A program made the position numbers and the translations under genes. DNA of 63,814 bases, filler included, from Bdellovibrionota bacterium (GTDB taxonomy: Bacteria > Bdellovibrionota > Bdellovibrionia > Bdellovibrionales > JAEYZS01): assembly GCA_963169515.1 (NCBI GenBank). It is 5 parts of 5 records of this genome, joined end to end, with 100 filler letters (N's around TTAATTAATTAA, not from the genome) between each part and the next. Parts side by side here need not be neighbours in the genome. Positions count along the whole stretch, not along the records: positions 1 to 13,020 come from CAUJEF010000048.1; positions 13,121 to 34,274 come from CAUJEF010000052.1; 3 more parts are not named here. One strand, 5' to 3'. Below the pieces are notes generated by a model that searched no databases, was not told the origin of the DNA, and worked only from the letters and a program-made list of their open reading frames with translations. Positions 9,855 to 19,708 of this stretch are shown in pieces. Numbering within the stretch: position 1 is the first letter of the stretch; every line of letters starts with the position of its first letter.

Positions 9855-11195
9855 TTATTGGGACAAATAGAATTCTCGAGTTTTTCTTATATCGCTTTCA
9901 TTTACAAGTGCCATAAACAAGCGATCAACGCCCAGGGCGATTCCAGCAGACGGCGGCAGGCCACAATCGAGCGCGTTTATAAATTCTTGATCAATTGGAA
10001 CCTCCGGCCTTCCCAACCTCTTTCTTAGAATATTGTCAGAATCGCAGCGCCGTCTTTGTTCGGCTGGATCATTTAGCTCATCAAATGCATTCGCCAGCTC
10101 AAGCCCCTTCCAGTACACCTCAAATCGCGCAGCCCATCCGTCTTCAGTCAGCCGGGCAAGTGCGGCTTGTGTGGGTGGATAATATTTTACAATCTGGGGG
10201 CCGGACATCCCGAGGTGATTTTCTATTTTCTCTATGAAAATTCTGAAAAATAAATCGTCAAAACTATCGCTTTCTTGCGTTGATATGCCGAAGCCAGAGC
10301 ACAGATGGACTAACTCTGTCTGTGTTGTTTTCGGCGTTAAGGTGAAGTTACAATATTTTTGAAATAGCTCTGCAACAGTCGTCGAGGTCAAAAATCCAAA
10401 GTTTGAAACTGGATCGGGCCAGTGTAACTTAAGATAGTTGAAAATACTTTTCACATCTTTTTCTAAATGGGCCAAACCAGAATAAGCGCGGTACCATTCG
10501 AGCATTGTGAATTCGGGTTGATGGTGTTCAGACACCTCATTATTTCTAAAGCAGTTCTTAAACTCATAGATGCGCACCCAGCCGCGGGACAACATTTTTT
10601 TAAGGTGCAACTCGGGGCTCGTGGGAAGGTAATAGGTTTTATCTTTAAAAGTCGTTGTAAAATGATCCAGATAGGGCTCTGTACCGGGAGAAGGAACCAG
10701 GGTCGGTGATCGAACCTCTGTAAACTCTAAAACTCCAAAACATTTTCGGATTAGGGACAGAAGAAGCATCCACTGTTTTGCACGCTTAAAATCCATGTTT
10801 TCGTGTTGAGTTTGGGTCAAGGCAGGGGCTAAGAGTTTTACCGAGGAAACCAAAATTTGGAAAGGCCGGGCTTCGAATCCACGCGATTCGACTTGTACGC
10901 TGTCCCAGCTAGCAGAAATTAAAACGTGGTCGCCACTATCCAAAATATCAGTGAGCTGATTTTTAAATTTGAATTCAATTCGAATTTGTTCACCGTCACT
11001 TTTGATCCAAAGCGAGTCATGCGTTCGGAAAAGACGCCCGCCAATTTGAAAGTCTTGCGACTTTGCAGAAACCTTTCCCATTGAAATTTCGGCAAATTTC
11101 TTAATAAAACTTAAAACAGAGAACGCAGAAACGGGCAGAGGAGGGTATTTTTCCCACGTATTTTCGAGGTAAAAGTGACGCTTTTCGTTTTGCAT
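9855..11195 (-). CDS. epmA: EF-P lysine aminoacylase with N-terminal extension
   Basis: SPGTEPYL, LPTSPELHLKKML, FRNNE, HQPEFTMLEWYR, ELANAFDEL, LPPSAGIALGVDRL. Confidence 0.92.
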   Translation of the reverse strand: MQNEKRHFYLENTWEKYPPLPVSAFSVLSFIKKFAEISMGKVSAKSQDFQIGGRLFRTHDSLWIKSDGEQIRIEFKFKNQLTDILDSGDHVLISASWDSVQVESRGFEARPFQILVSSVKLLAPALTQTQHENMDFKRAKQWMLLLSLIRKCFGVLEFTEVRSPTLVPSPGTEPYLDHFTTTFKDKTYYLPTSPELHLKKMLSRGWVRIYEFKNCFRNNEVSEHHQPEFTMLEWYRAYSGLAHLEKDVKSIFNYLKLHWPDPVSNFGFLTSTTVAELFQKYCNFTLTPKTTQTELVHLCSGFGISTQESDSFDDLFFRIFIEKIENHLGMSGPQIVKYYPPTQAALARLTEDGWAARFEVYWKGLELANAFDELNDPAEQRRRCDSDNILRKRLGRPEVPIDQEFINALDCGLPPSAGIALGVDRLFMALVNESDIRKTREFYLSQ

Positions 11196-11302
11196 ATGGA
11201 TCAAGCAAATACACTTTTAATTGACGCCTTGGTAGGGCGAATTTTGCGGCGACTAACACAATGAAATTACTACAGTTTTTTGGCCGGCCTAAAGGGGTGT
11301 TT

Positions 11303-11318
11303 GGGCACGCACATTGCT
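11303..11318 (+). promoter_or_regulatory. Putative sigma54 promoter
   Basis: GGGCACGCACATTGCT, GG-N10-GC, ~70 bp upstream of 11387. Confidence 0.65.
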
Positions 11319-11386
11319 TTATAGGCTCTTAGGAATTAGTTTGTCCGATGATCGGATGAAATAGCGGAAAAAGGAACCTGGAACCT

Positions 11387-12127
11387 ATGAATATGTTATT
11401 TATTATGGCTCTTATAATGCCGGCGTTTGGTTTTATTAAGACGGGCGAAAAATCTATCGGCTCGGTTGTAAAAAATCTGCAAGAAGCAAAACATGAAGGC
11501 TTGGGACATTCTCAGCACGAATTGAGGGTAAAACAAGAGCTTCAGAGCTTAAAACAAAAAAATCCGTCATCTTTTCACGAGAAAGTCTTCGATGAAGAAG
11601 CCTCAAATCCAGCAGAATATCAAAGTTTTTTATATGAAGTTTTGGCCGGGAAAAGTGATGTGGAAAAGGCAAAAATTCTGGCGCAGTTGGAAATATTAAA
11701 AGCCGTACAAAAAGACTGGAACATTTTGAAAACCACAGTGTTGAATGAATCAAGTCATGAGGACTTTGGCAGCTTCAAACCACGACTGTTGTCGCGACTG
11801 TCGACAATCATATTTTCCCCAGTGAAAAGGTCGGATTCGATTGATACAAAAAATTACAGATTTAAAATAGAAGACTGGGCCTACATTGTAGTTTCAAAAG
11901 ACTTGAAAAAAATTAATTGGAAAATCACAATCAGTGCAGCAAACGATAGAAATAAATTGGAACCTGGCGCTGATAAGATTCGAATCCTATGTAAAGACGA
12001 ACCCAACAGTTTGCATATCGACGGTGATTCGGGCTCAGATGCGGGCTATGAAAGTTACGATAACGGCGGCGGCCCGAGTGATGATGAATCTGTTCCTGAG
12101 AGTGATGATTCAGAATTGTTATACTAA
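11387..12127 (+). CDS. Secreted hypothetical protein with acidic C-terminal tail
   Basis: Short signal peptide, 246-aa ORF, D/E/S/G-rich end. Confidence 0.7.
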   Translation: MNMLFIMALIMPAFGFIKTGEKSIGSVVKNLQEAKHEGLGHSQHELRVKQELQSLKQKNPSSFHEKVFDEEASNPAEYQSFLYEVLAGKSDVEKAKILAQLEILKAVQKDWNILKTTVLNESSHEDFGSFKPRLLSRLSTIIFSPVKRSDSIDTKNYRFKIEDWAYIVVSKDLKKINWKITISAANDRNKLEPGADKIRILCKDEPNSLHIDGDSGSDAGYESYDNGGGPSDDESVPESDDSELLY

Positions 12128-12130
12128 ATC

Positions 12131-12439
12131 TTAGTCACTGTCTTTTGGTAACGGCTTTCCGGCGTGCTTATTGATTTCTTCTTTTAATTCCTTGCCGACT
12201 TTAAAAAACGGAAGCTTTTTTTCTTCGACTTCGATGACTTCGCCTGTGCGCGGGTTGCGCCCCTTGTAAGCTTCATATTTTCTGTTTACAAAAGATCCAA
12301 AACCTCGAATTTCAATGCGATCACTTTTCATCAGTGATTCAATCATGGAATCAAAAATCGTATTCACTACCGTTTCCGCTTTGACTCTTGTGATACCGGC
12401 CTTTTCCGCTACAACATTGATGAGGTCTGCTTTTGTCAT
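12131..12439 (-). CDS. ihfB: Integration host factor beta / HU family DNA-binding protein
   Basis: MTKADLI, RIEIRGFGSF, GRNPRTG, PFFKVGKELKE. Confidence 0.85.
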   Translation of the reverse strand: MTKADLINVVAEKAGITRVKAETVVNTIFDSMIESLMKSDRIEIRGFGSFVNRKYEAYKGRNPRTGEVIEVEEKKLPFFKVGKELKEEINKHAGKPLPKDSD

Positions 12440-12528
12440 CGAAATCATCCCTTTATTTAGATACTTACAGGCTTAGTTTACCCTTGAGTGTTTACATTTC
12501 AATGAAAAATAGGAAAAAATCTGTATTT

Positions 12529-13020
12529 TCAAATGGATGGGGTCTGACGCGATCCAAGAATTTCAGCAAACCAGGACCTTTGTCCGTCAACGAGGGTGCG
12601 ATATGCGTCTATTGTTGCCATCACCATTTTTTTTGTATCGAATAAATCGCCCACTTTTTTATGGGCCTTTTCCCCAATCGCAAGAGTGTCAATTTGGCCA
12701 TTCAAAATGCTAAACAAAAGCTGTGCTAGATGATTAATGTCTGCCGGTCGGATCAAAAATCCATCAGCCCCATCGTCAACAATTGAAAACATCGCACTCA
12801 CTACGGAACCAATAATGACCTTCTTTTGTAGCATGGCCTCTAATAGAGAAGCTTCAAACCCTGTTGTATTCGGATTAATATTTATAAAAATATCGCTCAA
12901 GGCTATGTAGTCAGGAACATCAGCATTGTTGACGGCACCTGTGAGGATGACTTTATTTCCCAGCGCCAGATTATAAATCATGTATTCAATTTCATGTCGT
13001 CGCGGACCATGTCCCAATAC
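12529..13020 (-). CDS. Glycosyltransferase family 4, C-terminal part (partial)
   Basis: GHGP, SDIFI, GFEASLLEAM, DGADGFLI; truncated by contig end. Confidence 0.85.
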   Translation of the reverse strand, partial: VLGHGPRRHEIEYMIYNLALGNKVILTGAVNNADVPDYIALSDIFININPNTTGFEASLLEAMLQKKVIIGSVVSAMFSIVDDGADGFLIRPADINHLAQLLFSILNGQIDTLAIGEKAHKKVGDLFDTKKMVMATIDAYRTLVDGQRSWFAEILGSRQTPSI

Positions 13021-13120
13021 NNNNNNNNNNNNNNNNNNNNNNNNNNNNNNNNNNNNNNNNNNNNTTAATTAATTAANNNNNNNNNNNNNNNNNNNNNNNN
13101 NNNNNNNNNNNNNNNNNNNN
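13021..13120. other. Artificial contig linker
   Basis: N44-TTAATTAATTAA-N44 (six-frame stop spacer). Confidence 0.99.
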
Positions 13121-13407
13121 TGCTTCGGGCGAATATCAATCGGTTATTTCGCAAAACCTGGTGTACTACAAAAAACATAGAACGCTTAAAAGACCATATC
13201 GAGCTCTATGTTTACTATCACAATCATGTGCTTTTAGAAAAGACAGCATAAAGGGTCCCTGCTCTTAGGAATCCAGAAAACGCTTGCCATTTGTGGCGAG
13301 CGCCACAGGTTTGGCCATGGATGGCCAAATTTTCGGGATTCAAAGACAGGATGTCTTAGTTCTTCTGGTTCAAAGAGGTGTTTTTTCAACAATCATGTGA
13401 GCCAGTT
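13121..13407 (+). mobile_element. 3' end of IS1-like transposase plus structured right-end region, copy A
   Basis: 13123-13251 encodes LRANINRLFRKTWCTTKNIERLKDHIELYVYYHNHVLLEKTA*, resembling the IS1-type C-terminus; near-identical inverted copy at 33989-34274; at a contig end. Confidence 0.75.
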
Positions 13408-16074
13408 TTATTTTGTCTTCATTTCAAACACGCCATCCCAATCTTCAGGCGGCATTTCTTGCAAATAATTTTGGCACCTTTGAAGGTACACTTGAGACGC
13501 ATAGTCATCAGGTTTTGCGTTGAGAGCCTTATTGAAGGCGTCAATAGCTTTTTCAAAGCTTCTGGCATGATAAAAGCGAGTTCCTTCTTCAAAATATTTG
13601 ATTAAATCCATTTGGTTTCCTGACAATGGCGCTCCAGAAATGAGTTCAAAAATTTTGACTGGAAGCAATTTACCCTTAACACGTACCCAATCTACTTCGC
13701 GGGTCACAAAGCCATCATTTTTGATTTCGCTTTGAGTGAATTCACTGATGATGATGCGGGTGCCATATTGTTTGGTGATGCCCTCAAGCCGCGATCCTAG
13801 GTTCACGGCATCCCCCATAACGGTATAAGAACGGACAATATCTGAGCCCATGTTACCGACACTCATGTCGCCTGTATTTATGCCAATGCCGATATCGATT
13901 TTTGGATACTGTTTCTTTTCAAACTCTTGTTGAATGACCGCAAGTTTTTCAATCATTTGGAGTGCACAATTGCATGCATACTTGGCATGGTCAGCATAGG
14001 TAATCGGCGCACCAAAAAATGCCATGATCGCATCTCCCATATATTTATCCAAGGTCCCCTTATTTTCAAACACGAGGCGGGTCATCGGAGTAAGGTATTC
14101 ACTTAAAACATTGGAAAGAATGCGTGGGTCCAACTTTTCTGAAATTGTGGTGAATCCGCGTACATCAGAAAACATGACAGAAATTTTTTCCTTGCGCCCG
14201 CCCAATTGAATGTTTTCAGGGTGTGCCAAAATTTCGTTCACAATGGCAGGGGAAACGTATTTTTCAAATGTACCTTTGAGTTCCTTTTTCTTCCGCTCTT
14301 CCGTAAGATACTTATAAAAAGTCAGGATCACATAGGTAGAGGTCACAAACAGGATTGGAAACATAATTCGGATAAGAATATTGTTGTTGAAAAAGAAAAA
14401 CTTGTCACCATAGTACAATATAGAAAGGGTGGCCAGTATAGTAATTAGACCGGATACCGCCCCCAGTTTTGAAATTAATAAACTTAAAACAACTCCAATT
14501 GTAAAAATAGCAGCCATCATCCAATATTCTTCGCGCTCATCTATCCGCAAGAAATTGTTATTAAGTAAATTGTCTGCGACGTTAGCGTGGGTCTCTAAGC
14601 CGGGGAAGTTTTCTTCAAACGGCGTTACACGCAAATCAAAAATGCCAATTGCAGTTGCGCCAAAGAAAAATATTTTATCTTTTATCCATTCGGATTTTTT
14701 TACTTTGAAGTGTTTAGGAGTCTTATTTACGATTTGTGTAATTTCGATATCATCACCTGGGGACAAAAGTTGGGCCACACTGAGGTGAGGGTAAGAATAT
14801 TTGGGGCCAGCGTAGTTTATGTATATTGAAGAATCAGATTGGACTTTGTAGTCGACGGAAATTTCATTTGTTTTGGGATCAAAAAGAGAAATTTCACTGA
14901 TTTTCTTAAAGCCTTTACGCTTCGGATGCTTTATGAAGTTTACAACTACATTTTGATTCTGAGCCGTCATTATGGCTTTCAATCCTAAGGATGGAACAAA
15001 TATGTCGTTGTACAATGCAAGGAGCGTGGTTCGTCGAATTGTGCCATCGGTATCTTGAAAGGCATTGAAGTATCCAAAGTTTTTACTAACACCGGTGAAT
15101 TCGGGGATATTCATAACAAGCGAGTCAATTTTTGGCAGGTCATCGACATATAAAAATTTATCTAGCCCGGTCATGTAATCTTCAAACGAAAGAGAAACTT
15201 GCTCCTTGTATTTTTTTCGAGTTTCTTCCCAGATTGGGCTCATGGCTTTGATAAAACTTGGGTCTCTCAGCGCAAATTGTTCGCAAAAGATCTGGAGTTC
15301 ACTTTTGACTTTGGTCGCATTGTCGTAACTGGAAGAGCTTGGATTTGTTTGCTTAACATTTTCGATCGCAAAAGAAATTGTATTTTCAATAATTTCTTTC
15401 ATTGGCAAGGTGTAATTTGAGGAGGTCGAATCATCGCTATAAATTTTTGAATTTGAGTCTATGCTAGTAAGGTAAATGTAGTTATCGTGGTACTTATTGG
15501 CGATACGGTTACAAAAAATATAGTATGGCTCCCGAGATTTATATTCTTCGAAGAAGCCGCCTAGAATTACCTTGTCTGCGTGAGCTTCAATTGACGTAGC
15601 TAACTTTTCATCGTTATTCTGTTCTGCCAACTCTTTATTGAGAAAGGTCTGATAACTGGAGGGAAGCGAGCTGAACTCTTTTGTTTTTTCTATAAATTTA
15701 AGCATGGGATTGTATTCGGGCTCTGCAAAGACAGAATCAAAGGCTATTGTCTTGGCGCCGTTTTTCAAAAGCTCCTCAATAACTTGAGCAATTTCTATTC
15801 TCGGCCAAGGCCATCTTCCTATTTTTTTAAGTGCTTCTTCATCAACTGTTACAAGGGCAATTTTTTCTGAAACGGGACGCGGGCCACGTAAAATGAAACG
15901 AAAATCTGTAGATTTTAAGTTAATCGTGTGGAGAACATTGAGAAGATTTGAATTTTTGATTTCGTATTCAGGAGTTTCATAATATAAGTAACATACGTAC
16001 GCAAATGCGAATGTAAAAAGGATTCCAATCTTGAATGCATTCGGTTCGATTATTTTCTTAAAGTGTTTTTTCAT
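13408..16074 (-). CDS. CHASE2-domain class III adenylate cyclase with C-terminal TPR
   Basis: GRWPWPR, DTDGTIRR, PGLETHA (CHASE2); three TM helices; FSDVRGFT, DKYMGDA, YTVMGDAVNLGSRLEG (Lys/Thr indicate ATP specificity). Confidence 0.95.
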   Translation of the reverse strand: MKKHFKKIIEPNAFKIGILFTFAFAYVCYLYYETPEYEIKNSNLLNVLHTINLKSTDFRFILRGPRPVSEKIALVTVDEEALKKIGRWPWPRIEIAQVIEELLKNGAKTIAFDSVFAEPEYNPMLKFIEKTKEFSSLPSSYQTFLNKELAEQNNDEKLATSIEAHADKVILGGFFEEYKSREPYYIFCNRIANKYHDNYIYLTSIDSNSKIYSDDSTSSNYTLPMKEIIENTISFAIENVKQTNPSSSSYDNATKVKSELQIFCEQFALRDPSFIKAMSPIWEETRKKYKEQVSLSFEDYMTGLDKFLYVDDLPKIDSLVMNIPEFTGVSKNFGYFNAFQDTDGTIRRTTLLALYNDIFVPSLGLKAIMTAQNQNVVVNFIKHPKRKGFKKISEISLFDPKTNEISVDYKVQSDSSIYINYAGPKYSYPHLSVAQLLSPGDDIEITQIVNKTPKHFKVKKSEWIKDKIFFFGATAIGIFDLRVTPFEENFPGLETHANVADNLLNNNFLRIDEREEYWMMAAIFTIGVVLSLLISKLGAVSGLITILATLSILYYGDKFFFFNNNILIRIMFPILFVTSTYVILTFYKYLTEERKKKELKGTFEKYVSPAIVNEILAHPENIQLGGRKEKISVMFSDVRGFTTISEKLDPRILSNVLSEYLTPMTRLVFENKGTLDKYMGDAIMAFFGAPITYADHAKYACNCALQMIEKLAVIQQEFEKKQYPKIDIGIGINTGDMSVGNMGSDIVRSYTVMGDAVNLGSRLEGITKQYGTRIIISEFTQSEIKNDGFVTREVDWVRVKGKLLPVKIFELISGAPLSGNQMDLIKYFEEGTRFYHARSFEKAIDAFNKALNAKPDDYASQVYLQRCQNYLQEMPPEDWDGVFEMKTK

Positions 16075-16122
16075 GGTTGTATCTGACACGAGCAGTGATG
16101 TAACTTTGCACACATATACATT

Positions 16123-16150
16123 TATTCGGAAAAAAATTAAGAAGATTTGA
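16123..16150 (-). promoter_or_regulatory. Possible sigma28 promoter
   Basis: Minus strand TCAA-N16-TCCGAATA upstream of the cyclase. Confidence 0.4.
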
Positions 16151-16976
16151 TATCTTGGATGATTTTATAAATTTCTTTTCGAGAGAAATTGGACTCTTTA
16201 GCCATTTGAGCAGCTATGTCTGAATCCTTCATATCTTGTTTTAAAAGACTGTGTATTTTTTCTACCAGTTTTTCTTTCGAAAGTCCTGGATGGTCCAGTC
16301 TGGGGAGGATGATAACAAATTCGCCCTTGGGCACATTTTTTTGAATCTGGGAAATTGCATCTGAAATTTTTAAGAATTTTGATTCTTCAAAATGCTTGGT
16401 TAGTTCACGATGGAAAGAAAATTGAACATCGCCGAAAGTTTCTAAAATACTTTTCAAGGTTTCTAAAATCCGATGAGGTGCTTCAAAAAAAACGATACGA
16501 TCTGCGGCGCCAACATAATCGCTTAAAAATTTGATAGGGTTTTTTGATGGCAAAAAACCTAAAAATACAAATGTCTTACCGCCCACAGGGGAGACACTCA
16601 GGCTGCTTGTCACGCTTGAAGCGCCCGGAATCACCGTAACTGGAACATCTGCTTCGTAGGCGAGCTTTAGAATATTGTGTCCAGGGTCACTGATTCCCGG
16701 GGTTCCAGCATCGCTAACAAGGGCAATGGATTTTCCAGCAAGTAAAAATTTTATAAGTTCTGGGGCAGACTGGGTTTCATTGTGCTCATGGTAAGCAAGC
16801 ATACGAGCATTAGTTTCAATCTTTAATGCGGCCAATAGTTGTTTGAATTCTCGTGTGTCTTCGCAGGCTACAATGTCGACATTTTTAAAAATGTCGACAG
16901 CACGAAAGGTGAGGTCTGCTGGATTCCCAATGGGGAGTCCAACAATATAGAGCGTTCCTGGGGATTTATTTGCCAT
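16137..16976 (-). CDS. rsmI: 16S rRNA (cytidine-1402-2'-O)-methyltransferase
   Basis: LYIVGLPIGN, ACEDTR, SDAGTPGISDPG, FEAPHR, RELTKHFEE. Confidence 0.96.
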   Translation of the reverse strand: MANKSPGTLYIVGLPIGNPADLTFRAVDIFKNVDIVACEDTREFKQLLAALKIETNARMLAYHEHNETQSAPELIKFLLAGKSIALVSDAGTPGISDPGHNILKLAYEADVPVTVIPGASSVTSSLSVSPVGGKTFVFLGFLPSKNPIKFLSDYVGAADRIVFFEAPHRILETLKSILETFGDVQFSFHRELTKHFEESKFLKISDAISQIQKNVPKGEFVIILPRLDHPGLSKEKLVEKIHSLLKQDMKDSDIAAQMAKESNFSRKEIYKIIQDIKSS

Positions 16977-17051
16977 ATGGCCCTTCGTACAGTTGTGGTC
17001 ACTTTCGACACCATACTATAATCAGTAATGTAAGTAAAGCGGGGTAGATCG

Positions 17052-17516
17052 ATGAGAGCTTCTGTCAGCAAAGTTCAAGGAATTACAATCGTAAGTATTG
17101 AAGGGCAATTGAATTTTGAAACGATCTTGCCGTTTCGAAAACAATGTATTGAAAAGCTATGGGGTGAACGAGTCATTTTTAGCTTTGAAAGCTTGAGTTT
17201 CGTTGGATCGAGCGGGATCACTTCATTTTTTGAAACGATAAAAGATTTCATTGATAATAATTCCCATGCGCCTAAATTTTGTTGTGTTCGGCCTGAGTTT
17301 CAAAAGTTATTTGAAGCATGGTTCAGTAATCAAATTGAAATTTACGACAAAGCCGATCTGGCAGTGAATGCTTACAATAACCCAGAACACACGTCGTATG
17401 CCCGAAAGCTAAATAGTCAGAATCTGGGGCTTCCCAAATTGGATGTAAAAGAAGAAGAAATGGATCCCGTCAACAGCGATGCCAATGTGGACGATAATAT
17501 AAAAGGCCAGCTCTAA
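17052..17516 (+). CDS. STAS-domain protein (anti-sigma factor antagonist-like)
   Basis: IVSIEGQLN, LSFVGSSGI motif. Confidence 0.8.
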   Translation: MRASVSKVQGITIVSIEGQLNFETILPFRKQCIEKLWGERVIFSFESLSFVGSSGITSFFETIKDFIDNNSHAPKFCCVRPEFQKLFEAWFSNQIEIYDKADLAVNAYNNPEHTSYARKLNSQNLGLPKLDVKEEEMDPVNSDANVDDNIKGQL

Positions 17517-19012
17517 CTGACATCCCCATTTTCTGATTCAAGCTGGGCAGTCGATGTGTTCTCATCAACTATTGAATAACCGCTTTGGATTTCAGATAAT
17601 AGAATTTGAATTTTTGAAATCAATTCAGTGTTTCCTGCGGTCACGGAAGAGGTCTTTCCATCATTAATTTTCTTGTGAAGGTTAACGGTTTCTTGTTGGA
17701 AACGGTTTCCCATGGCAGACAATCGCCGATCAAACGTGCTTTCAGCCTGAGCCAGTTTTTCTGCCAGGGTCTCTGATTTCTTTCGCTGTTCGTTTAAGGC
17801 GCCACTCAAATCTTTATTAATTTTATCGGCAGCAGATATTTTATGTTTTGCATCTTCAAGATGGCTAAGATTCTCATTGTAGAGAAGTTGCAAACTGTCG
17901 AGTTGGTCACGGAGTTGCTGGTTTTCGGTTTCAGTATTCGAGAGTTTGCTTTTTGTTTCTTCCAGGTCGGTTTGAGCTGATTTTAGATTAATTTCTAAAC
18001 TGTGAGCCTGCGAAGAAAGGTTCAGTCGTTTTGTATTAAAATCTTGGGTCAAAACATCAATTTCGTTTTTGACTGCTTCATATTTTCGCTCGAGCAAAAC
18101 AATTTTGTTTTGATACTGAATTTCATTTTCACTAAACTGGCGTGATTTTGTATCCAATTCGTCTTTCAAACTTAGCGAATAACTCTCAAATCCTGTGCGC
18201 ATCGTGTGGATTCGGGCTTCATATTCTTGATTTAATTGGATGGTCCGTTGACTGAAGGTTTCGTTAAGTTGGAACAGTTTTTCGGCTAGAGATTTGTTCT
18301 CATCTTCAAGTTGTTTTTCCTTCTTTTCGAGGAATTCAACCGATGACTTATAGCGACCGAGATCTTCTATAGTCTGTTTATATTTTGATTCATGGTAATT
18401 AACCAATTCAACCTGGTCCTTCTCGTATTTCTTATGCTGAGTTTGAATATGCTGTACGGCAGACTCTAATATTTGACGCAGATCTTTGATTAATTCATCT
18501 TGCTTTAGTTTTTGGGATTGGGCCGCATGAAATGCGGTTTCAATCTCTGAAATTCGGTTTTTCAGAGATTGAATAAAAGGGCGAACCTGTTTTTTTACCC
18601 GAACTCTGTACTTTTGATAACGGTGATGGCGGCGTTGTAAATCTTTGCGTTTTAGCTCCTCACCCTCAGTCTGTGAATACAATTGAGCAAAGTGCTTTTC
18701 TGTTTCCGATTTGTCGTCGTTTAGCTTATTGACTTCAATTTCAAGCTGGCTGATGCGTTCTTTGAAAAAACGGGAATGATCTTTGTAAACGTCGTATTCA
18801 GCAAGGAGAGTATCATAACTGTATTTTTGATCCTCAAGCCGTTGTTCCAAATCGATATTACGTTTCAATGCGACAGTGAGTCGAGCCATTAAATCTTGCG
18901 TTTGATTTATCAACGACTGCACGGTCCGCGACTTTAATAGCCCTGGTTCCTGGACCGGAACGGCATCAGGCATTTCGTTCGGCAAAGGGGGTAAGTTATC
19001 ATAATCCATCAT
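17513..19012 (-). CDS. Coiled-coil hypothetical protein
   Basis: About 500 aa of E/K/Q/L-rich heptad-like sequence, no recognisable catalytic motif. Confidence 0.8.
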   Translation of the reverse strand: MMDYDNLPPLPNEMPDAVPVQEPGLLKSRTVQSLINQTQDLMARLTVALKRNIDLEQRLEDQKYSYDTLLAEYDVYKDHSRFFKERISQLEIEVNKLNDDKSETEKHFAQLYSQTEGEELKRKDLQRRHHRYQKYRVRVKKQVRPFIQSLKNRISEIETAFHAAQSQKLKQDELIKDLRQILESAVQHIQTQHKKYEKDQVELVNYHESKYKQTIEDLGRYKSSVEFLEKKEKQLEDENKSLAEKLFQLNETFSQRTIQLNQEYEARIHTMRTGFESYSLSLKDELDTKSRQFSENEIQYQNKIVLLERKYEAVKNEIDVLTQDFNTKRLNLSSQAHSLEINLKSAQTDLEETKSKLSNTETENQQLRDQLDSLQLLYNENLSHLEDAKHKISAADKINKDLSGALNEQRKKSETLAEKLAQAESTFDRRLSAMGNRFQQETVNLHKKINDGKTSSVTAGNTELISKIQILLSEIQSGYSIVDENTSTAQLESENGDVS

Positions 19013-19123
19013 GAACCCTCTCAATTTAGACACTAACAGTATCAAATCGGTACAAGGCGAAAGTCAAAATTAAAAAACAGCTGAAAGGCTTAAGGATTTA
19101 AGTCTAGGCTTCCGATTTAAGTT

Positions 19124-19708
19124 GTGATGGGAGCTCCAGACTTAAATTTACCCGTATCTCCAGCGCTACTCGACGAACGTCTATCAAAGATGGATCGGGT
19201 ACTGAATCGTGATTTGAGCCGTAATGTTGTTGGAAAGGCAAATGGTCTCCGTCATGTCATTTTGAGTTCTGTGGTGGATGGCAACTATGATGGGGCTATT
19301 AAGGAACTTCGCTTGTATGAGGACCTCAATTCTACTTTACCTATCTTTAAAGTTCACTCAGAAAGGTACTTTAGCCATTGCGAAGAATTGATTCGTGCGA
19401 TTGATTCCAAAATTAAGTTTTCAGGAAGTAAGAGTATCACCAGAACGCAAAAACAGGATCTGCATGCTATGGTGCGAAAACATTTTAGGGCTCTATCCGA
19501 TTCTTTACGCCAGGTTGAGACAATAGAGAATAATATCCGTGTTCAAGACTTGCGATCGACCATTTGGATTATTAAAGCTGCAATTCTATCAGTTTCGACA
19601 CTACTTGCTTTTTTCGCTTTTATGGAGGCTCGGGGATCTTTGATTCAACCCATTCTGAATTTTTTGGACACAACCGTTAATAACTGCGTCCGGTTACTGT
19701 TTTTATAG
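19124..19708 (+). CDS. Hypothetical protein with C-terminal TM helix
   Basis: 194-aa ORF; upstream TAAG-N16-TCCGATTT. Confidence 0.75.
   Translation: MMGAPDLNLPVSPALLDERLSKMDRVLNRDLSRNVVGKANGLRHVILSSVVDGNYDGAIKELRLYEDLNSTLPIFKVHSERYFSHCEELIRAIDSKIKFSGSKSITRTQKQDLHAMVRKHFRALSDSLRQVETIENNIRVQDLRSTIWIIKAAILSVSTLLAFFAFMEARGSLIQPILNFLDTTVNNCVRLLFL

Noticed and set aside
13021..13120. TTAATTAATTAA within N runs, four times in the window
   Set aside because: Artificial contig linker, not a biological repeat; cross-linker gene neighbourhoods were ignored
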